64,000 nucleotides of DNA. Source: a virus. Each line of letters opens with the position of its first letter. Position 1 is the first letter of the stretch. Both the position numbers and the translations under genes were made by a program. Under the pieces are notes generated by a model that had not been told where the DNA came from, did not search any database, and worked only from the letters and a program-made list of their open reading frames with translations. Below, piece after piece: positions 58,943-64,000 of this stretch. The stretch lies in the IMG/VR virus record IMGVR_UViG_3300032240_002285, positions 1 to 64,000 of that record. The stretch is one strand, 5' to 3'.

Positions 58943-59016
58943 GCTCCGTTGGACAAATTGGTGAAGTCGCCTCCCTTTCACGGAGGAGATTAGCGGTTCA
59001 AGCCCGCTACGGAGTA
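58943..59016 (+). tRNA. tRNA-Glu(TTC), CCA not encoded
   Basis: Acceptor GCTCCGT/ACGGAGT; anticodon arm CCTCC-CTTTCAC-GGAGG; T-arm AGCGG-TTCAAGC-CCGCT. Confidence 0.9.
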
Positions 59017-59066
59017 CATTTAGTTAATCACTACACAATATCAAATAAAAACCTTACTTTTATAAA

Positions 59067-59417
59067 ATGAACAAGATTATTTCTGTAATTTATATATTAG
59101 TAATATACACTATTTCCCAAGTTTTTACCTATTATCAACTTCAAGGACATTTATTCAATAAGTGGATTAAAGAAAACCCATTTATAATGGCATTGTTAGG
59201 TTTACCAATTGGTTATTTTGTAATTAAAGCAAGTAGGGTAATGGTTGAATTATGGGGAGGCCAAACATGGCCGAATCGTTTAATTGGATTCAGCCTTGGG
59301 GTTATCATTTTTACATTTATGTCTTGGTTGATACTCAAAGAACCTCTAACTCCAAAAACAATAACTTGTTTGGTGTTATGTTTCGCCATTTTAATGATAC
59401 AATTTTTATGGAAGTAA
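59067..59417 (+). CDS. Small multi-pass membrane protein (DMT/SMR-like)
   Basis: Four hydrophobic segments; LKEPLT motif before the last helix. Confidence 0.6.
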   Translation: MNKIISVIYILVIYTISQVFTYYQLQGHLFNKWIKENPFIMALLGLPIGYFVIKASRVMVELWGGQTWPNRLIGFSLGVIIFTFMSWLILKEPLTPKTITCLVLCFAILMIQFLWK

Positions 59418-59639
59418 TTACTTATTAGATAATCTGCGAAAGTAATAATAAAGACCAAAAAAGAATACCGCAATAAAGTACAACACGCAGTTGGCTTTCC
59501 ATAAATTTCCTGTCAATAATATTAAAGAATATTGAATTGCGTCGAATCCAAAAGGATTGAAGAATAGGGCTAGCATTAAAAATAGTTGTGATAGATTGTC
59601 TTGGAAGGTCCTTCTCCAAGTTTTGGTTTTCATCGTCAT
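59418..59639 (-). CDS. Small membrane protein
   Basis: Two hydrophobic helices; TATTTAT motif at 59693-59699. Confidence 0.55.
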   Translation of the reverse strand: MTMKTKTWRRTFQDNLSQLFLMLALFFNPFGFDAIQYSLILLTGNLWKANCVLYFIAVFFFGLYYYFRRLSNK

Positions 59640-59748
59640 TCATATGTTAAAATTAATAATTTATGTCTTTTTTTTAGACTTTCTGTTTCAAAATAAATAT
59701 TCTATTATTAGATATAACCATAAAATATATTGAATTTTGCCTGAGTAA

Positions 59749-60081
59749 ATGGCCAACAAAAAAAATACAAAAATAGAAACAAAATTTTTGAATATATTAC
59801 TTTCTGAATTTGGAAATCAAAAAATTATGGATGATGTTTATAAAATTGCTGTTTGTAATTATTTAGACGGAACCGCGGACTGTATACTTATACATAAGAA
59901 AAATAAACATTACGACAGATTGTGGAATTGGGGAAAGAATTTATATCACATAAAAGGAAATAGTGGTATTTCTTTGGAAGGTGTTATTAGAACATTTAAT
60001 TTTGACCATATAGAACTTGAACCAAGACATTTTTGGGAGCGAAGACGTTTAGGTTGTAATAATTGTAAATATATAAAATAA
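59749..60081 (+). CDS. Hypothetical protein
   Basis: 110-aa ORF. Confidence 0.6.
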   Translation: MANKKNTKIETKFLNILLSEFGNQKIMDDVYKIAVCNYLDGTADCILIHKKNKHYDRLWNWGKNLYHIKGNSGISLEGVIRTFNFDHIELEPRHFWERRRLGCNNCKYIK

Positions 60082-60239
60082 TGACTGAACAAGAAATTTT
60101 AAGTGAAGTTGTCATGTTAGAATATGAAGTAACCATGGCAAATTTGCTAGGACATAGAGCATCTGACGATGATGAATATTCAGAAAAAAGAAAAAGAATA
60201 AACGAGTTAAGAAAAAAATTAAAAAATTATGACAATTAA
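60081..60239 (+). CDS. Small hypothetical protein (52 aa)
   Basis: Manual translation MTEQEILSEVVMLEYEV...KNYDN; TAATG-coupled to the upstream gene. Confidence 0.55.
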   Translation: MTEQEILSEVVMLEYEVTMANLLGHRASDDDEYSEKRKRINELRKKLKNYDN

Positions 60240-60330
60240 AATAGCAGTTGTGTTGAGTATTTTGGTTATTTTGGCAGTATCAATTTTATTGGTGGATAGA
60301 AATAATCACAACATATACCAAAGACGATAG
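60229..60330 (+). CDS. Small single-TM protein (33 aa)
   Basis: Manual translation MTIKIAVVLSILVILAVSILLVDRNNHNIYQRR. Confidence 0.45.
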   Translation: MTIKIAVVLSILVILAVSILLVDRNNHNIYQRR

Positions 60331-60341
60331 TAAATTAAAAT

Positions 60342-60851
60342 ATGAAAACTATATTTTTAGATATTGATGGTGTTTTGGCAACTGATAAACAATTCAATAG
60401 AAACCGTGAAAAATTCAAATCCAATTACGAATGGGCTGCAGAATATGACGTCCCTTATCCATACGATGAAGGTTGCGTTAAAATTTTGAATGAAATAGTA
60501 GAATCTACAGGTGCCCAAATTGTATTGAGTTCTGATTGGAAATTACACTATAATTTGGATACTATGGGTAAAATTTTTGAAGCCAATGGAATCAAAACAA
60601 AACCTATAGGAACAACAGAAGATTTTGGTTATAGTGGATTGTTATTGGAAATGTGGAGAGCATCTGAAATTGTAAGTTATATTGGCAAACATGATGTTGG
60701 ACAATGGGTTGTAATTGATGACCTTAATATGCAAAAATGGTTTGATGATTATGAAGGAGGAAAAGGTGATAGATTCTTTATAACTAGAAGTCGTGATGGT
60801 TTAAAAAAATCATCCCTCAAAGATAAAATCATCAATAAATTAAACGAATAG
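60342..60851 (+). CDS. HAD phosphatase (Swiss-Army-knife RNA-repair type)
   Basis: FLDIDGVL, IVLSSDW, WVVIDD. Confidence 0.8.
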   Translation: MKTIFLDIDGVLATDKQFNRNREKFKSNYEWAAEYDVPYPYDEGCVKILNEIVESTGAQIVLSSDWKLHYNLDTMGKIFEANGIKTKPIGTTEDFGYSGLLLEMWRASEIVSYIGKHDVGQWVVIDDLNMQKWFDDYEGGKGDRFFITRSRDGLKKSSLKDKIINKLNE

Positions 60852-60874
60852 ACTAAAGTTATATACATATAATT

Positions 60875-61270
60875 ATGACTAAAATAATTAAAAATCCTAC
60901 ATTATTTGTAGACATTGATGGGACGATTGTTAAGTATCGTAATTTCAGTGAATTAGGAGAATCTACACTAACTCCAATTCAAGATGTTATTGATTTTATT
61001 AATGAACACCATTCAAATGGGGCAATAATTATTATTACAACAGCTCGTCCTGAAAAGTACAGACTATTTACTGAAGAGGAACTTACTACCATAGGTCTAA
61101 AATGGAATCAACTTGTTATGGATTGTGGTAGAGGAACAAGAGTTGTTCTTAACGACATTGACCCTAAAAGTCCTGAAATAAAAAGAGCCATTGGCATAAA
61201 TTTAATTAGAGATGGCGGATTCAACAATATTGAAATTCCATCCGATATCAAACCATATGAATCAGAATAA
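60875..61270 (+). CDS. HAD phosphatase (PNKP-phosphatase-like)
   Basis: FVDIDGT, ITTARP. Confidence 0.75.
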   Translation: MTKIIKNPTLFVDIDGTIVKYRNFSELGESTLTPIQDVIDFINEHHSNGAIIIITTARPEKYRLFTEEELTTIGLKWNQLVMDCGRGTRVVLNDIDPKSPEIKRAIGINLIRDGGFNNIEIPSDIKPYESE

Positions 61271-61541
61271 AATTTCCCCTAAAAGACACATAGCAAAAAC
61301 AATAACTTATCGTATAATCAGTACCTTAGTTGGTTTTTTAACCATGTGGTCGGTGACAGGAAGTATTAAAGTTGGAACCACATTTGGTTTATTTGAATTA
61401 GTATACAAACCAATTCAATATTTTATTCATGAGAGAGTTTGGTATAAATGGATTAAATTTGGAGTTAGTGAAGAACCAAAGGTTGTTAAAGTAGAAGAAC
61501 CTAAAGAAACTATAAAAAGGTTGAATTATACTCGTAGATAA
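61257..61541 (+). CDS. DUF2061-like membrane protein
   Basis: RHIAKTITYRIIST...YFIHERVW; ATG at 61257. Confidence 0.75.
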   Translation: MNQNKISPKRHIAKTITYRIISTLVGFLTMWSVTGSIKVGTTFGLFELVYKPIQYFIHERVWYKWIKFGVSEEPKVVKVEEPKETIKRLNYTRR

Positions 61542-61569
61542 ACCGATACTAATAACTATTTATTTAGAT

Positions 61570-62289
61570 ATGAATAACGAGGTTAACAAAATTATATCGG
61601 TATATACCACAATACTTGAGAATAAATCAATATTACAGGAATTTAATTCCGTAAGCCTTGCGGATACTAATTATTCAAATGTAAAATTTAATAATGACTC
61701 AACAAGAAATGATTCGGTTAACAAAGCTCTCTTAGATGATATTCAACAAGCAGCCTCTAATGTTGGTATAGTAGCAACAATTACAACAGCAAAATCAGGA
61801 CATAGTGAAAAAACCACTACAGGTAATACAAGTAGACATTCAACAGGTGCTGGAGTTGATATTGCAAAGTTGAATGGGATTGGTTCGGATAATGCGACGA
61901 GTGCTATGGATGGTAATCCTGAATTTAGAAATTTAGGAAATAAACTCAAAGATTCTTTAGTGTCATTAGGTTATACTTGGAATACAGAGTCGGGAAATCC
62001 AAAGGCAGTTTTATGGCAAACAAACTCTGGAGGTAACCATTATAATCATTTACATGTATCCAATAATTCGGGAGAAACTTCTGAACCAACAAATTCTAAA
62101 GACTCAAGTGAATTAGGAGATTTAAATAAAAACTCGGTAACATCTACATTGTCAAATTTAATGTCGACCGCATCCAAAAGTTCTTCGCAGTCTATAACTC
62201 CTGACCCTTTGATTATGGCATTTGCAAATAAACTTACAAGTGCGTTGGGTCTCACAGAAAATATCAATAAAATTAAAAGATTATTATAA
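61570..62289 (+). CDS. M15-like zinc peptidase (peptidoglycan hydrolase candidate) with terminal helical motifs
   Basis: SRHSTGAGVD (H-x6-D) and HYNHLH; late motif at 61557-61563. Confidence 0.7.
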   Translation: MNNEVNKIISVYTTILENKSILQEFNSVSLADTNYSNVKFNNDSTRNDSVNKALLDDIQQAASNVGIVATITTAKSGHSEKTTTGNTSRHSTGAGVDIAKLNGIGSDNATSAMDGNPEFRNLGNKLKDSLVSLGYTWNTESGNPKAVLWQTNSGGNHYNHLHVSNNSGETSEPTNSKDSSELGDLNKNSVTSTLSNLMSTASKSSSQSITPDPLIMAFANKLTSALGLTENINKIKRLL

Positions 62290-62317
62290 AAAAAACCCAT
62301 CGTAAGATGGGTTTTTC
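62289..62317. terminator. Bidirectional intrinsic terminator
   Basis: A-tract CCCATC gtaa GATGGG T-tract. Confidence 0.85.
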
Positions 62318-62321
62318 TTTT

Positions 62322-62945
62322 TTAGATGATTTTGAACAAATCGTCAGTTGATTTTCTTACTTTCGGATAGTTTTGATATTCATCAGTTGCGTCTCTCTTA
62401 CCTATTGGACAAACAATCACAGATGATGTTTCCGTCAATCCTAAGATACTATCGTATTGTCCTCTATCAAATCCCTCCATCGGACAAGAATCAATCCCTA
62501 AAACGGATAAAGAGGTTAATAAATTACCTACCGCTAAGTAGATTTGTTTTTCAACCCAAGTACTTTTTTGGTCTTCAGTTTGTGAAGATACTGCATGTTT
62601 CATCATACCTTCGTATTCCGCCAACATTTCTTTAGTTACTCCTCTTGTATTGATAATGTTTTCAACAAACAAATCAACTTCGTTTTCATCAACATTTTTG
62701 TTTTTTACAAAAATTAACAAAACACTTGCGTCAGTAATTTGTGATTGACCCCATGAAGCACCTTTTAATTGTTTTCTGATTTCAGGATTTGTTACAATTA
62801 AAATTTTGTAAGGTTGTAATCCAAAAGAAGCTGGTGATAATTGAATAACTTCTTTAATTGTGTCTAATTCTAATTCTGATAATTGATAAGTTGAATCAAA
62901 CTTTTTTGTGGCATAACGCCATTTAAGATTTTCTAAAATATTCAT
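62322..62945 (-). CDS. NAD(P)H nitroreductase (NfsB-like)
   Basis: WRYATKKFD, SPASFGLQP, IDSCPMEGFD, PKVRK. Confidence 0.92.
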   Translation of the reverse strand: MNILENLKWRYATKKFDSTYQLSELELDTIKEVIQLSPASFGLQPYKILIVTNPEIRKQLKGASWGQSQITDASVLLIFVKNKNVDENEVDLFVENIINTRGVTKEMLAEYEGMMKHAVSSQTEDQKSTWVEKQIYLAVGNLLTSLSVLGIDSCPMEGFDRGQYDSILGLTETSSVIVCPIGKRDATDEYQNYPKVRKSTDDLFKII

Positions 62946-62966
62946 TTTTTTTGATTAAGGTTTAAT

Positions 62967-63003
62967 AAAAACCCCCAACTTAAAATTAAATTGAGGGTTT
63001 TTT
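62967..63003 (-). terminator. Intrinsic terminator
   Basis: AAAAACCCCCAA...TTGAGGGTTTTT hairpin. Confidence 0.7.
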
Positions 63004-63019
63004 ATTTTTACAAAATTAA

Positions 63020-63175
63020 TTATTTTGCTACTGTTGTGTCTGCAACTACTGCAATTGTGTCAGCTTTCACTGAATCTGCAACTACTGCAGTTGAATCAGT
63101 TTTTACTTCAGTTGATGTTGAGCCTCCGCAAGAAGCTAATGTTAAAATTGATACTAATGCTACGATTTTTTTCAT
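63020..63175 (-). CDS. Small lipoprotein (51 aa) with four D(S/T)x sequons
   Basis: Manual translation MKKIVALVSILTLASC-GGSTSTEVKTDSTAVVADSVKADTIAVVADTTVAK; lipobox LASC. Confidence 0.8.
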   Translation of the reverse strand: MKKIVALVSILTLASCGGSTSTEVKTDSTAVVADSVKADTIAVVADTTVAK

Positions 63176-63216
63176 AATTGTTTTTTTTGTTTTTTATATA
63201 ATAGTTAATTGTTTTT

Positions 63217-63308
63217 TGGCAGAAGGTACCAGATTCGAACTGGTGGATAGGTTTAACCCCATCCGCAGTTTAGCAAACTGCTGGTTTAAGCCACTCACCC
63301 AACCTTCT
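63217..63308 (-). tRNA. tRNA-Ser(GCT)
   Basis: Acceptor AGAAGGT/ACCTTCT-GCCA; anticodon arm GCAGT-TTGCTAA-ACTGC; long variable arm; TATATTTG promoter at 63323-63330. Confidence 0.93.
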
Positions 63309-63386
63309 ATAAATTGGTAATACAAATATAACAAAAATCCCCCAATTTTTCAATAGGGGGAAAGTTAATAATAGAAAATTTTAAGT

Positions 63387-63836
63387 TTATTTTAAGAATC
63401 TCAACTTATATAAAGTAGAAAAAATTAATTCTTGTACTCCATCAATTTGATTTTGAATATATGATTCTTTAACACCTTTTCTATTTTTTTCAATGTTATC
63501 ATCCAAAGCTTTGAAATAAGATATTAATTGTTCAGTTGATTTATAGTCAACCATTTGAATTGTTTTGTATCCTGTTATTATATCATATTTTCCTTGGTAA
63601 CTTTCAACAATACCATCAATTAATTCAACAATTTCATCATAATATGTCCCTAAAGCCATATGTTCTGCAAATGATGATTGAGATTTGGTTTGCCAATGAA
63701 AAATATGTGCTTGGCTTCTTGAATGAAGTAATGTTGCAATCATATCTACAACATCTCCTGTTTCTGTTGTTTCTTTTTGTTCGTTAAGCTTCATAGCTTT
63801 AAACAACTGTTCTTTAGTTATTGTTACTTTGTCCAT
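63387..63836 (-). CDS. Ferritin/Dps-like protein (DUF5856-like) with an N-terminal leader
   Basis: QAHIFHWQT...EHMALG..YDE...DGIVESYQG; late motif at 63841-63848. Confidence 0.8.
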   Translation of the reverse strand: MDKVTITKEQLFKAMKLNEQKETTETGDVVDMIATLLHSRSQAHIFHWQTKSQSSFAEHMALGTYYDEIVELIDGIVESYQGKYDIITGYKTIQMVDYKSTEQLISYFKALDDNIEKNRKGVKESYIQNQIDGVQELIFSTLYKLRFLK

Positions 63837-63908
63837 GACAATAAATACTTGTATACGTTTGTTTGTTTCGCATCATCGTATTTGTTTCGCACAAAATTTA
63901 ATAACTTG

Positions 63909-63979
63909 CACTCCCTAAAGGATTCGAACCTCTACAAACGGTTTTGGAGACCGTTGTGCTACCGTTACACCAAAGAAGT
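63909..63979 (-). tRNA. tRNA-Trp(CCA), 3' CCA not encoded
   Basis: Anticodon arm ACGGT-CTCCAAA-ACCGT; T-arm AGAGG-TTCGAAT-CCTTT. Confidence 0.88.
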
Positions 63980-63985
63980 GAATAA

Positions 63986-64000
63986 TGAGGTCAGAACAGG
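63986..64000 (-). tRNA. Probable 3' end of another tRNA (truncated by the window edge)
   Basis: CCTGT-TCTGACC-T-CA resembles a T-stem 3' half plus acceptor strand, directly upstream of tRNA-Trp. Confidence 0.35.

Noticed and set aside
62991-63320. 109-aa plus-strand ORF
   Set aside because: Overlaps tRNA-Ser and the minus-strand lipoprotein in antisense
1-64000. Stop-codon reassignment as in some large Bacteroidota phages
   Set aside because: Core genes are full length in code 11, and TAG/TGA end genes right at the next start (e.g. 15887, 6038); no suppressor tRNA seen

Overview
This AT-rich window is a segment of a large T4-like (myovirus-type) jumbo phage that very likely infects Bacteroidota. 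The host call rests on Bacteroidota-type TTTG-N20-TAnnTTTG promoters, a Bacteroidota-type bS21, a DUF4494-like gene and a lipoprotein carrying D(S/T)x sequons. It uses the standard genetic code. Contents, in order: a truncated LamG virion gene with 60-bp repeats; a late operon including a stand-alone WYL protein; a ~20 kb nucleotide-sugar/glycosyltransferase cluster (with exonuclease, dUTPase, NadE and PhoH) ending in a gp55-like late sigma factor; baseplate-like genes; the head module (major capsid, scaffold, prohead protease, portal, TerL) with bS21 inserted antisense; an NTase/KTSC pair; a ClpC lacking its N-domain, divergent from a double-UVR protein; peptidases; tmRNA; tRNAs; and small accessory genes. 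Four observations stand out. (1) An orientation-specific TATTTAT motif lies in front of about 20 late genes, often only 4-6 nt before the ATG, and looks like a G-to-A switched host -7 element. (2) Short helical motifs ending in prohead-protease-type (I/L/V)-x-E sites are shared by the scaffold and unrelated enzymes, suggesting a capsid cargo-addressing system. (3) A possible phage proteostasis module combines the N-less ClpC, a UVR adaptor under a sigma54-like promoter, and a tmRNA with a long non-canonical tag. (4) The glycan pathway may use GDP-L-galactose. All family calls come from motif recognition by eye, not from database searches.
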